A stretch of DNA of 62,450 nt, filler included, from Choristocarpus tenellus KU-1152 (Eukaryota > Protista > Phaeophyceae), in the NCBI GenBank assembly GCA_964200185.2. It is 9 parts of 9 records of this genome, joined end to end, with 100 filler letters (N's around TTAATTAATTAA, not from the genome) between each part and the next. Parts side by side here need not be neighbours in the genome. Positions count along the whole stretch, not along the records: positions 1 to 9,177 come from CAXNAD020003915.1; positions 9,278 to 17,433 come from CAXNAD020005068.1; 7 more parts are not named here. One strand, written 5' to 3'. Below, in pieces: positions 1 through 13,040 of this stretch (position 1 is the first letter of the stretch; every line of letters begins with the position of its first letter). The notes beneath the pieces are model-generated. The model was not told the origin of the DNA. It did no database searches and saw only the letters and a program-made list of their open reading frames with translations. The position numbers and the translations under genes are program-made.

Positions 1-1962
1 CCGACATGAGTTCTGCAGGACCCTGACAATTCCCAACAAAAAATACCCCCCCCCCCCAAAAAAAAAAAAAAGAAGCAAGAAAACAAACCAGGAGCAAAGG
101 TTTTTGACACAGTGAGAGATCAGTGACATCCATCACACTGTTGACCAAATTCGTAAGACAAAAAAAAACCGAAAAAAAAATGGACTGCAAAGTGCTAACA
201 TCCCAGATCTTGACCAAAAATGGAAATATGGGCAAGAGAGTTGGGGTGCATTTCTGCCTATGCTGGTGGTCGAATTGCACACCCCACAGCAAAAAAAAAA
301 AGTCCCTTAAAAAAAGAAGAAGAGAGACCCGAAGGGAGGAATGATGCTCCTATATCGCCACTCCTATACCACCACTGCAAAGCATCGCCTACACTAATAC
401 ATTTTTTATTCGCTGGAGAGATAAAATAATAAAAATATATTTTAAAAAAAAAAAAATCCTCTACCATGCTCTTGCGCACGCGACACCTTTTTGCACCGGA
501 GGGGGGTGTCCCTTTCAAAAAGAAACAAACCCCTCCTCTAGACCATCGTAAGCAAACCTACCTTGGAGGAGGACTCTACAATGTTCAGACTGAAGCCGGC
601 CAGACGCACCCCAACATCCAAGGAAGTGTAGAGCCGTTTCACCTGAAAAAAAGAAAACGAAGAAGACACACACACAACACACACACACACAACACACACA
701 CACAACACACACACACAACACACACAAGAAATAAAAACAAGACAATAGACAAGAAGGCTACAGCATTCGCACGTTCTTGGGTGGGCAACACAACGGCCTC
801 ACCACTAGCTTCCATAGATACGTTCTGAATATGTGAAGGAGGAGGGATGCAGGCATAGACAGATACATAGATACATAGAGATATACATAGAGATATACAT
901 AGACAGATACAACTGTTGTTACACCGGTCCAACTTGGTTGACCAGTGGCATCAATGTAGACTGTACTTCACAATTCACATGACGCTTCTTGTTACAGGTC
1001 GTTGCGTAGAAGTAGAACCAACACACGTACGTGCTACTCACTCCCTAGAGGTACCAAGTAGAATGTACCAAGTACCAAGTAGAATGTACCAAGTACCAAG
1101 TACTTGAGAATATTTCAATGCCGATAGGTGAGGGCAAGCATGGTACGGGAACGGTCTATGGCTGTGTTCTTGGCCCATGGACACATCCTCGTGAACGCAA
1201 TGCCCCTTTCCCTGGATAGCACTAAAACACCACAGCAACAACTTCATCTCACATCCTGAGGGTCACTTCAAAAGCCCCAAAAAACGACGCACCAAGGAAT
1301 ATACCAGTACACAAATGCACGCATGTGCCGCAAACAATTGCGTGGGAGTACTACCTAAGTCCTCTCATACCTGTGTGATGCTGTCAGCAAATGTTCCATA
1401 AGAGCGTCCTTCTGAAAGCGACATGTTGCCAAGGCTAATGACACGGGTACGCCCCTCTGCCCTAACCTCCACAAACAACCTTCATGACGGGTCATGCATA
1501 ACATGGTCAACACCAAGGGGTTCCAAACAACAAGTTGCCAGGCATACGCCACCAACGTAGCTTGTGAAGTACTGACTTGTGTTGTCATTGATACGCAGTC
1601 TATAGTCTTATCTATGATATTCATGGACAGGGGGGGGGGGGTACAATCTTCAAAAGTTAAGACAAATTATTTGTACGTGTTCCTTCTTCTTTCACAAGAA
1701 TTTTATCTGAGGTCAGCAACAATATTATTCACGAGGCGAACTATAGCCATTGTTGTGAGCCTCAGTTTCTCAAACATCTCCACCATTTTTCTGCAGCACT
1801 AGGACTGAGTTCAGAGAGACAAGATCAACAGTAGACTAAGCATTGGTTCAAGGGTAAACAAAGCGCAATACCATTGAACTCTGCATCAGATAGACCAACA
1901 AGATCGCTTGTACACCCACACAACAACAGATCCAACAGATCCAACAGATCCAACAAAGCACA

Positions 1963-2003
<41 letters not shown>

Positions 2004-5000
2004 CTCGTGTTGGCAATGGAAAAAAGGCACCCTAGTATTAGAGTGGTGGAGGAAGCAGAGAGCATCAACCCGATGATGGAAAGGATACACGCAAGACATG
2101 CCCAAGCCCTTCCTCTTCCACAACATAACTCCATCAATCTACACCAAGACTCAACTACCTCTCCACTTTTTCCCTCCCCCGCCTCCAACACTGAAGGTAT
2201 ATGCAGTGATACGAACTTCAGGTGGGTAGTAGTTAAGAACAAAGAGGGACTGAATTGGTCACCTTTTCGCCTTGCTATACTTGGAGTTGAACGAGCCTTC
2301 TCCCCCTTCCCCGGCAGTGGACACCAGGTGAAGCACACTACGCGTAAGGCTTGGCTCTTTTTCCAAAAGAGCCTCTCTCTCCCCAATGGCATCTAGCTCA
2401 TAAACCTGACACAAAGTAATATGTCAAGGGGAAATAAGTGCAGTATGGACCCAGCATGGGTGGTGACAGTATTGGAGATAGAGGAGGTGGAGACACAATC
2501 TCATCTCATCATCCCTTACATTATTATAATAAACCTAGTTTAAATCCACATGGGTGGGAACACTGCAGCTCATCCTCTCACACCCACCCACCCACCCACC
2601 CACCTATCCCTTTAAGATCTACCTACCTCGCTGTGCCTTGCCACTCCTGAGCCCCCGATAGCTCCTACAAAGGCTGCTTCCATTGCACGGGGCTTTCCTG
2701 GCTCCTGCCATAGAAAGGAGTGCCATGTCAGGGGAGGAAGCACGTGCCATCCAAAGGAAGGGTTGGCATCCTCCTGTCAGGACAAGGTCAACAAACATGC
2801 AAGGGCAGGTGTGGCAGTACAAAGGGGTTGGAGGGAGTGCTTTCAAAAGAGGTCAGCCTTTCCCACATTGGAAACACGGGGACAGTCGATGCCAGACCAT
2901 GTTGGTAACACTGCTGTCAAGCAGATTGGTTCAATATGTTGCTGGCAAGACCGATGATACCACAAAGGTGCTGGCAGGGGGGGAGATTACAAGGGAGAAT
3001 GGAGCGCTCCCTGAGAAGTATTTGTAGTCCCTGAAATGCAACCGTGACCAATAAAACAAGACGACTGCTAATCACCACATCAGAAAAACATTGTACTACC
3101 CATACCCTCTCACACACGCTCCCCAGCCCTGTCCGCCTCTTGCTCACAATCCCACACCCCTTTCCTCTCAACTCCTCTACACCCTTTCCCGCACTTACCT
3201 GTCGGTACACCACTGTCTCTGAGCTCGAGCGGTTCTCCACTCTAAAAGGCGGGAACTGCGCTGCTGCTGAGATGGTTAAGAACACTGTTGCCTTTTGCAG
3301 AGTGACAACTGCCGCAGCAAGGTGCCTCCGACCACACTCATCAACCACCCACAAGTGTGTCTCTCCCATCTCCTCCGCCAAGAGCGGCCGTGATAGGCCT
3401 GCCGCCAAAGCTGCCCCAAAACCTTCTTCTGCATGAGCGGGGCAGCCGTTCACCCTGTTGCTCCCCCTGCCCTTCACAGCACCGCCTCTAATATCTCCAA
3501 AGTCCCTCTCCCCTTTGGTGGAACTACCCTCAGCGGCAACTCGAACCAGTATGCACTTGCGCAGCTCTTCCGCATCGCCTTCCATATCCCCAGGGTCGTT
3601 CTTCTTTTCACTGCTGTTGCCAGCCCCGCCGACCATCCTGTGGTCAGAGCCTTCATCACTTACATCAGAGGCAGAGGCAGCGGCGGCGGCATCAACAAGA
3701 CCTTGCACCAGTTTAGCCACCGGATTGAAGGAGTAAATAATTACTGAGGACAAGGTAGGAACGTCCTGATAAAAGTGTCCAACATCATTCGCATAGGCCA
3801 CCTGGTTTTCTAACGTCGGCATGAACTTCTCGCCGCCCTTCTCCTCAATCCGCTCCTTATCTCCCTCCCACAGGACACTTGTCACCGACCTCTCTGCTCT
3901 CGCCTTCCCCACAGCTACTGAATTCTTCCCAGAAACTTCAACCCCCTTGCCCTCTGCCTGAGACTTTTCCCGACCTTGGGTAGGCGAAGTCATTCCTCCC
4001 ATCCCCCCATCAGCGCCCTGATCAACCTCAGAACAACCCCCAGGCATCACAGATGTGACTGGGTCGCCTCTTCCCACCACGCCCTTCCTCAAATGCTGCC
4101 CCATTGTGGCCTCCTCCACTCTTTCTTCCCGCCTGTGACCCCTTGACCCTTGCAACCCTTGTCTCCCACTGCTTTCTGCACCCCTACCTCTCCCATTGTT
4201 GCTGACTCCTTCCTTGGGTGTACCTTCCACCCGACTCCATATGAGGTGTGCTTGCTCAGGTGGCTGGGCTGGCAGGCCAGGAGGGGGGAGACGTGCACTA
4301 AGTCGTTCAACCACCGAAGACTTGGGCGCCATTACCACTGGCATTACCTTTTGAAGTATTCGTTTCGCACAAAACGTTGTGGGTTTAGTGAGTCATACAG
4401 GATGGCACCGGTACAGTGAGTTGAGAGGGAGTTGAAAATTGAAATGTTGGTACCAATCGGGAATTCACAAAGACTACTGTGAGGACAGTAACACAAAACA
4501 GTTATTGCAAAGATGGTGCCTATGATGTGGGCATTCCTTATATTCTCTCTCCTCTTAGGTCTCCTCCATCCCAATCACACCTTGCAGCTCCACAGTTGTC
4601 TGCTGCCAACCATGCTCACCACAACAAACTCCACACACTCAATTCAGTCAGGCAGACGTTTTACAAAACTAACAATATCAGTTTCATTTTCCATCATTGT
4701 GCAAACTTGCACCCATTTCAATGTTGGAAGTCAATGCTCAGTCTGCAAGGATGAAGGCTAGCGACTATCTCATGGTGAAAATGTCATTCACCATCAAAAA
4801 CTCACATAATGTTCCTACGATACACCTTCTAAGAATGACTGCACTTGGCACCAGTATGCAAAACTACACCACCATACTACGTATTCGAAGATCTGAAACT
4901 AAGCAGCAGCTCAGACTTGAAAGAAAACACACACACACACACACACACACAAAATCTCGATCCCATATTGGATTGATCAACGAGGGAGACACCCACCCTT

Positions 5001-7737
5001 GTGGGAGGCTTCCAGTCCACACTATACTACCAAACAAAAGAGATGAATTGCCTCAGAAAAAATTATTCCCGTTCCTTTTTACTTACTCTTCTAATGAACT
5101 TACCGCTCTTTACTATTTGAAATCCAATGTCAACCTACCACTCTCTGCTATCTGAACTCCAAATTTAATCATAAATGAATACTAGCAGCAAGTGAGAGAG
5201 AGAGAGAGAGAGATCTATAAACACCGGATGAACCAAAAAGGCGTATCACAAGCAACACACAACCAAACACCATACACCTCTAAAACAGCCTGTAAAGGAC
5301 AACACATTGCAATTGTGTAACCGCTACAAAACCACTCTAGAAACAAACAAAGGCACACACCTGCAGCGGGACACCAAGGCAATTTCGAAGTATTAGCCGA
5401 GGATACAATGTCACCACACGAGTGCGTTGGAAGACACCAGGTAGGGCAGACACCGATACCCCAAATGTAGCCCCTGAGGTGTCCACAGGTCCAGCCGTGT
5501 TCACTGCATCAACATTGAAACAGCGGCTCCAGCTGCGACCAGCAACATCAAATGGGATGGGAAACTGGCTCAGCGGCCCCCCTGCCTCTGTATCCCAAAC
5601 TGGAGAGATGCGTTGAAGGCCATAGCCTCCCATCCCGTCCCCACGGCGATGCTCTTTGCCACCTAATCCACCAATGATGATGTCACTCCCACCCACACTG
5701 CTGCCTCGCCTTACTGCCATATCACCATCCACTGAAACAGATACCACCGAATCTGCTCCTCCTTCCCTTGCCTCTCTATTTCTCGCAGAAGTGGGCGTTG
5801 TCATCATCGCTGCACCCCCAAGAGTTTCCATTTGATGAGAAAGGGCAGGGCTGTCAAGATCTCGAGCAGCAGCAGCAGAAGCAGCAGTACATGTAGAGGT
5901 GGGATCTAATTCTGGCACTGGCCCATCTCTGGATATGACTTCACGTGGCACAACCCCTGGTGTAGAGGAAGGAGTCAGCGTTACAGATGAGGGAGACCCA
6001 CTGACAACTTCATCCACTGCTGCCACCCCTGGACAGCTAGTGGGAAAAGCATCAGGTGTGGGACATGGCGACGCTGTCACCAATTGGGTAGGTGTGGCTG
6101 GTGACAAGGTACTCAGGGAAGAACGTGCAGGTGTGGTGTTAGCAGTGGTGGCAGAGGTGCCCTTGGAAACAGGCACTGCTACTGGTGAATGTAGGGATGA
6201 TGCCTCCTCTGTGGCAGCATTCCAGTCATTGCCATCTTCGACAGTGTTGTTGACAAGACCAGAGGAAGGAGAGGAGTGTTGTGACAATAGCCCCTGCGCC
6301 ATCCCCTGGCCTTGCAACTGAGCTATCCTGCCCGGGCCTTCAGGGCTGCCACCGTAGTCAACACAAGGTGAAGGGACATGCACAAGAACAAAGTACGAGC
6401 GCTTGGCACCCTTGGACCCTTTAGCACAGTTCCCCCCAAGCCACACCAGGCCCGTTGGGCAATCCTTTCGATAGATCTGTTTTGCAACACCATCGTGAAG
6501 GGAGTGAACATATAGAGATGTGAAGGAGGTTGGGCACCACGACATGAATTCATTAAACCAGACAAGATTTTGGGAGAGGCACTGCCTCACTTTCTCAAGG
6601 TTCTCCACCAGCTACAAACCTCCTAAGTGAGTCCTGACTGATGACTACATCTTGGGGGTTGCGACCCCTTATCCTTTCTTGCCTGTTGGCTGAGAAGCCA
6701 GCGATCAGCCACGGCCATGGCCATGCCCAACAGCCTGTGATAGGACTCCTTTTACAAAAGCAAATCACAGTTAGAAATACAAGTGCGAATACCTCCTTCC
6801 CATCTCTATATGTACTCCTTTGCAGTGCTTGCTCTGGGGATACCAAACAATCCTAACCCTAAACCTAGCCCTCTCTACAAGACAGTATGAATTAAAACAG
6901 GTACACCTTGTTCAGTCACAAGGTAGTACTGAATTGCTGATGGCTGAACCTTATCTCACAACCACCTTTGGTCAAGATTACACCAATTACTTGAGGGTAC
7001 ATCATTGTGTTGCAGCGTGCAGTGTGTGCAGGTGCATACCAAGGTAAAAAAAAACAACAAGATTTCTTCTCTTCAAGGGCGGATTTCAAATTAAAAAGCA
7101 TGTCAGTTAAGGTAACTTAGACTATTACACTATGACATCTACACACATGAAACCAAGACATTTGTATAGGTACTCTTGAACAACCCACGGTATTCATGAG
7201 TGAGAGTGTCTTAGAGGGTAGAGCAATGTCCGTTTGGGGGCCAAAATCCAATGCTGTGATTTTGGCGTAATTTTGGCCATCGTGTTAGGAAGTTTCAATA
7301 TCCTTGTTCCGGACACACCTTATTGATAACAAGTACATTTTACCTACTCCAAAACATTTCAGAGTAGGAAAATACCAACAAAAACCCCCGTGGGAAGTCA
7401 AGCCCCCAAACAGACAAACAGCGCAAAAATCGTACCCTCTAAGACACTTTCACTCCACAATAGATTAGGATGCAACAGTTACACACGCAACCTCCGCTCT
7501 AATGCACAGAGCGGACAGAGTTTTCTTCAACGGTAGCATAGATACACACAACAAATAAGAGCCAGCTCAATCACACCAAAACTGCCAAGGGTATTCCAGT
7601 CATACCTTGTATGAGTAAGGCACTTTGTATTGCGCCCCACTGATCTCCACACCCTCCCACAGCCTGAACCCTGACGTAGACAGCCAAAGGGGTACCTCTG
7701 AGGCTCTGGCATCATAGCAAATGAGTACAGTCGACCT
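1..7737 (-). CDS. VPS13: VPS13-family lipid transfer protein, internal fragment (VAB/SHR-binding repeats into C-terminal region), multi-exon
   Basis: Phase-consistent GT-AG exons (-): 7606-7737, 5361-6476, 3199-4347, 2627-2773, 2263-2405, 1371-1479, 562-642, <1-22. The spliced product contains VPS13-like motifs: WSRCFNVDAVNTAG...GVSVSALPGVFQRTRVVTLYPRLILRNCLG, PPFRVENRSSSETVVYRQ, LPPLTWHSFLWQEP, LFVEVRAEGRTRVISL, VRLAGFSLNIVESSSKGPAELM. The gene continues beyond both ends. Confidence 0.8.
7198..7455 (-). mobile_element. MITE family A copy (~258 bp) in a VPS13 intron
   Basis: TIRs GAGTGAGAGTGTCTTAGAGGGTA...TACCCTCTAAGACACTTTCACTC; body matches the other family A copies. Confidence 0.85.
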
Positions 7738-9177
7738 CTGGAGCAATAATGGAGTGCATACATTGGAAAACATGGAGCAAGGAGATAAGGGGGAGTGGGG
7801 GGAGTTTTGAGCATGCATTTGAACGTGCATTTCTCACCTTTTCACACTAGACCATCAACAGCCTTAGGGTATATATACCTCTACGAGCGACAAGATTCTT
7901 CTTTTTATCTTCTTCCATCTCATGAAAACGCCTCCACGCACGCAATAGAACGCTCTGCGGGAGGACAGACAAGACTACACTTCCGTTTCGTGGCACGCAC
8001 GGGACGGGGTAGGGGGGGTGAGGACAAGGAGATGCAAGTATACATTTAAAAAAATAAATTGCTGTTTTGATGTTTGCAGACTGTTGTCACGTGGAGAGGA
8101 GCAAACCAACTTCATAGCAGCCCAACGGAGTGAGTACTTTCCCACTATAGCTCAGCTTCATAAGCAAACCACTATGACTACAGATATCTCCCAGGTATTC
8201 CATAAAACTGACTTTTGTTATAGGACTAATCTAAACACGCAATCCACACAACCAATGGTTAAGGACTCGGTGACACATGACCTCTGTGTACACATGTCTA
8301 TCCATGCATGCTGCATAGGGCTTGGATCAAGACATAGCCATATCATCCATGTAAACAAAGCACAGGTCATTCCTGGGGGAAGGCCTCTGACCGGAGGAGA
8401 GCAATGATTGGTCAACAAAAGGCTCTCAAAGAGGGCTAGGGAGTGGAGGCAACAGCCATAGCCTCAGTAGACTTAGTCGGTCAGATCTAAAACACAGTCT
8501 TGACTGCACTACCAAGGGGGGTTGGGAGACCTGCGGTTACCTCCTAGCTCCTGTGCATGTTATGTTACCATGGCTGTGGGAGTATGCTCATATGCCTGAA
8601 TGTTAGGTACATAACCATGGAATGCACCATCGGAATATGCAGACACCATAGGAGCCTAATCACAATCTTGGGTGTTACCCCCTGGCATACACCATGACAG
8701 TGCATTCAAGAGTACCTCTCCCACAATCTCACAATTTCACTCCATTCACACCAATGCCTCAACGAGCCGGCCGTTTCAACATCAAAGCGAAGGCCAAAGG
8801 ACATGTGGAACACAATGCGACAAAAAGAGGTACAGCAATACACGAAAGTGTGAGTACCCTCTTCGTAGTGGAGTAGAGCAACCAGGACCGTGACAGGGGG
8901 ATTGGTTAGTGAAAACGGCTTGATGGGGAATGCGAAGGGGGATGGGGAATGGGGGTGGACACACCTGCATTAGGGTCAACCGCCAAAATTGTGTTGCCGA
9001 TGCCCACTTGTCTCCTTGTGCTGTCTGCACACACGTCAACCGAAGGCCTTCTAGCTCTGGTGGAATATGAGGTATAGTATAGTCACGGTCCTGTCAGGAA
9101 AATATTTTGCAGATACAGGTGATTTAACAGAGAGGTTGTCTATGGCAGAAATATTTGTAGTTGTAGTTGGGGGGGGG

Positions 9178-9277
9178 NNNNNNNNNNNNNNNNNNNNNNN
9201 NNNNNNNNNNNNNNNNNNNNNTTAATTAATTAANNNNNNNNNNNNNNNNNNNNNNNNNNNNNNNNNNNNNNNNNNNN
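9178..9277. other. Artificial contig linker N44-TTAATTAATTAA-N44
   Basis: Exactly 100 bp; the 12-mer gives stops in all six frames; identical at 8 places. Confidence 0.98.
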
Positions 9278-9362
9278 CCCCTCCTCTCTCCCTCTGTAAG
9301 GCGCCAAAAAAACAACCCCGTTTGTACCCCCCCCCCCCCCCCCCCCAAAGATACTTTGAGCC
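9278..9362. mobile_element. MITE B-like terminal fragment at contig start
   Basis: poly-C followed by AAAGATACTTTGAGCC terminus. Confidence 0.55.
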
Positions 9363-9474
9363 TTTTATGGTCTTTTTGAGACGGGCCTGAGAAATGGATT
9401 AAGAAGTAAAGGATAACTTCCTTCGCGCATACGTGAGTTGCCTCACCAACTGCCCGCTCTTTGTGCATGTCCAG

Positions 9475-10310
9475 GATTTATCGAGAGAGAGGGAGGGACT
9501 GTTGAGAGCTTCCATCAGCAACTCCTTGCTGCCGTTGAGACTCTGGAGGAGTACTCCCCACGCAGGTATGTCTCTCTAAATATGTAAAGTATGTTGAGGA
9601 CTAGCACTTGCTAATGTTGCTCGAGCCAGGGCGATTTACCAATTAAATTGAGCCCTCAGAGTAATAGTAGTTGTAGGTATGAGTACTCTACAATAAACTT
9701 TTTAAACCACAGACAAAGACATTTCTGACTGACTGATTCTAAGGGTATGCATGAATTGTATGTCAGACCGACAAGGCTATAGTGGTATGAGATTTACATA
9801 GCACCAACACTTTTAGGAGGAAGAAACACAGCTTGCTTGGTGGGCATATGCGTAAGAGATCCAACACCAACCATATCTTTTCAATTACAATACGCTGTGC
9901 TAGGGCAGTCCACATAATGTACAACTTGAGCTACATACAAAAGTATGTAATCGTTTTTGATTTGTAACTGTTCAACTCAAATGTGATGGGCACAACACAG
10001 GGTCGATTCTTGCAGTAATGTGTGTGTGGCACTTGGAACAGGATGTACTTGTCATCTTCCCGACAGAATTCAAATACCAACTTCAAAGTGCTAAATATTC
10101 CCCACGTTTTTTTCTCTTCACTGACCTCACTGTACATGGCTGTGACACCTACCTCTTTTTTCCATTTTGATAATTAAAAAAAAAAGGTTCTTTGCCGATG
10201 TTCTTCTAGCTACGATGGAATACGAACAGTTCTTCTTCCTCATGATCGGAGAGGCCAAGAAGTACAGCAGAGTCGATATAGAAGAACATATTAATGAGTC
10301 ATATAAGTAA
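9475..10310 (+). CDS. BART (ARL2-binding) domain protein, CFAP36/ARL2BP-like, last two exons
   Basis: Exons 9475-9565 and 10187-10310 (stop TAA) join in phase: FIEREGGTVESFHQQLLAAVETLEEYSPRRFFADVLLATMEYEQFFFLMIGEAKKY. This resembles the C-terminal helices of the BART domain. Confidence 0.65.
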
Positions 10311-10779
10311 TAATCTTCGGGGGGATGTCTTCAGAAAATCGGGTGGATAGATGGATGGATGGATGGATGGATGGATACAAGCGTATACATGTAGTGTGTT
10401 CGTGTGAGGCTACCAAACTGTTATATCTAGTGGTGAAGGCTCCCGTGATGTGAAGCTTGTTGCTGAAGTGCCAATAGGGTATGATTCAATAGGCACTCAA
10501 TTTTAATCCTCTGTGGGGCTTCTCCTCACATACAGTGAGGCAAACCCCAAGTCACCGCAATTACTTATTGTTTTCCCAACTACATGAAAACTGCCATGTA
10601 GTACTATATAGCACTGGTCGAAGTATTTTTCTTTTTTTTCAGCACGTTGTGGGGTAGAATCCATCCCTGGGTACAAACCTTTGTCAATCCCATCCCCTTA
10701 GTCATAGCACTCTTGTCGTAGAGGCTCTGGTTCAGTAAATATATTATCTGCACCGCCTAATCACTACCCCGAGAAGCTT

Positions 10780-11700
10780 TTGGAGGTTCCAGGGTCTCGT
10801 TCCTCAAACCTGTGCAGTAGGAGTGTCCCCAACCAACCCACTTCTTTCGTTCAAGTCCCGAATCAAAGTGATGTGGCTCACACAGTGGAAGAGGTCCAAA
10901 AGACAAAGATCTTTGCTTTTCTTCAGATAGAGGCACTTGTCAAGTTGTCTTCTTGCATTCCACCCCTCTTTCAAGATTGTTCGCTTCAGCTCCTTCTACA
11001 ACTCCATTGCCGACTGTTTGAGGTCATGGATGGCCTTGGTGGCTTTGACATCGAGTTTCCAAAGAGTTGTAGGCAAACATCATCAGGAAGAGATGCATTG
11101 AGGTATCCTTGGGTATGCAATCCAAAGATTTTATGGCCCAGTCACGATTGCTTAACGATACAATACAGTGCAGATAATGTCAAACAAAATCACTGGGCTA
11201 AATGTTATGAAGTAGTCACTCCCTCCTGTTGGGGGAACCCTGGGTCACAACCCTCACTTTCTATCACTCGATAGTCCTGTTGACCCAAAGTATCTGGGGG
11301 GGGGGGTCTACACCAGGTTGTCCATTTGGGCCAAAATCGGGAAAAGTGTGTATAAATTATCTTTCCGACATTTGCAACCAAATCACCCAAAAATTGCGAT
11401 ATGGAAAAATTGACCACAATGGACAGCTGCCCCCCCCCAGATACTTTGAGCCTGTTGGCAGCGTGTTTGATCTTCTAGACAAGCGCGCCTTTACCGGTTT
11501 CCTTCTTTGTGACAGACAATTTTTCGTCACTGAATGTTTCCTTATTCCATTCGCCCTCCATTTCTGTGTCCATAGGTTCCTTCCGTCTCTCCATGTCAGG
11601 TCCCGCCAGAGCTTGTGGTACTGTCGTAGGTTTTTGGTAGTCCACCAAGATGTTGCCAGCCATGCTCATTAGGTAGGCAATGTGCATTTTCGGTGCCTGC
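10780..11700 (-). mobile_element. Degenerate Ty1/copia reverse transcriptase remnant, interrupted by a MITE B copy
   Basis: Minus-strand translation gives PTTVPQALAGPDMERRKEPMDTEMEG, V*KIKHAANRTIE**KVRVVTQG, GYLNASL, KAIHDLKQSAMEL*KEL...GW...DKCLY, which are copia RT motifs with stops and frameshifts. Confidence 0.85.
11282..11452 (+). mobile_element. MITE family B copy (~170 bp), TSD TGTT
   Basis: TIR GACCCAAAGTATCTGGGGG...CCCCCAGATACTTTGAGCC flanked by TGTT on both sides. Confidence 0.9.
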
Positions 11701-11763
11701 TCTCAGGTCATCAGTGCAGTCCTCACCTTCATCATCAGCTGTGGAGATCCTGTCTCACTCACA

Positions 11764-12038
11764 CAGAAAAGCATTTAAGGGGGCAGGAGTTTTGCCCTGT
11801 TGGTCAGTTCGGGGCTTGGCTTCCCATGTTTTTTTTGCGACCTTTTTCGGTTTTCTGTGTGAACACAAAAACATTTCGGAGTAGGCAAAATGTATACGAC
11901 TATGAAAAGGTGTGTCCAGAGCAAGCATGTTGACACTTGCTAACAAACACAATAGCCAAAATTAATCAAACTGCAGCATTGGATTTATGACCCCAAACGG
12001 ATGCGGCCCCACCCTCTTTATGTTTAAAACGTCACTCT
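11764..12038 (+). mobile_element. MITE family A variant (A'), degraded ends
   Basis: Body GAGTTTTGCCCTGTT...TATGAAAAGGTGTGTCC...TTGACACTT...CCCCAAACGGA matches family A. Confidence 0.75.
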
Positions 12039-12754
12039 TCTTAAGTCACCAGCTTGACCTCTTGATATTGTCATACATGCGGGCGCAGGAATATCTGGTC
12101 ACGACAACCAAAATTCCTCGCTTGGGAGGTAGGCAGCTTTTGACCCTTTGCATTCTAAGCCCGTCTTTCTTATCCTATGCAATACACTATAATTTGATTG
12201 TTTTGTGTACACAATAGTGTACACAAAATTAATGTTCCCCCTTTCCACACGCGACGTACCACCGCACTTCAGCAAAGGGTCTCTTCCTGTAACTAATTCA
12301 CAAAATGGCATATTCTTTCCCTTTCTCGGGATCCTTTAAAAGCAACTCTGCCTACCTCCGAGTTGATTTGACTCATAAGATTGGAAGGTGCTCCCTCCTG
12401 TTTCTTGGCCTGATGAGGAAATATTTGCTCCCCCACACTCAACATACGTTATAGTTAAACGCCTTGCCGATTAAATGCTCATACACCATTTCCTTGGCTT
12501 GTCAAGTTCCCCAGTGCTATATTCCTACTGATGCTCCTTAGTGTTATGCCTTCCTGACCCATCTCGCCACTCTCCGTTTCTGCATCCGTTGTAAAAACTG
12601 TCAGAACTTTAGTAAACCCTTGAGCTATCGAGATAATAGACTTGCTAAGATTCAAACCAAAAGCTAGCCCCAGGGATCACAAACTGTTAGACTTCGTGAG
12701 GTCTCAACCAAGGGTTGCCATCCTTCTAATCAGTGACTATCCTCGGCAGGGTAG

Positions 12755-12927
12755 TTACTAAAGTATCTGGTGGACAGGGAGGATCTAGACCAGGGTGGCC
12801 ATTCGGGCCCTGACCAGGAAAAGTGCACTTACATTATCCATCCGACACATGCAACCAAATTACCCAAAACTCGCGACATGGAAAAATGAATGGACAACTG
12901 GCACACACCCCCAGATACTTTGATCGT
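12755..12927 (+). mobile_element. MITE family B copy, degraded ends
   Basis: AAAGTATCTGG...CAGGAAAAGTGCACTTACATTATCCATCCGAC...CCCCAGATACTTTGA. Confidence 0.8.
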
Positions 12928-12997
12928 ATCTTGATAGCGTGTTTAGTCTTTTTAAGGATGTGTAACCATGACGGGATTCGATCCCACAAGATTAGCA

Positions 12998-13040
12998 TTT
13001 GATAGAACTTTTATATAAATAATATAAAGGTTCTATCAAA
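12998..13040. repeat. 43-bp near-perfect inverted repeat (hairpin)
   Basis: TTTGATAGAACTTTTATAT-AAATA-ATATAAAGGTTCTATCAAA; 19-bp arms with 1 mismatch. Confidence 0.85.

Noticed and set aside
466-932. ORFs rich in HT/CV dipeptides (also near 1.9, 28.8 and 36.0 kb)
   Set aside because: These are translations of (CA)n and (TATG)n microsatellites in introns.
9222-9233. Recurrent TTAATTAATTAA palindrome as a biological site
   Set aside because: It is always centred in N44...N44, so it is an assembly linker.
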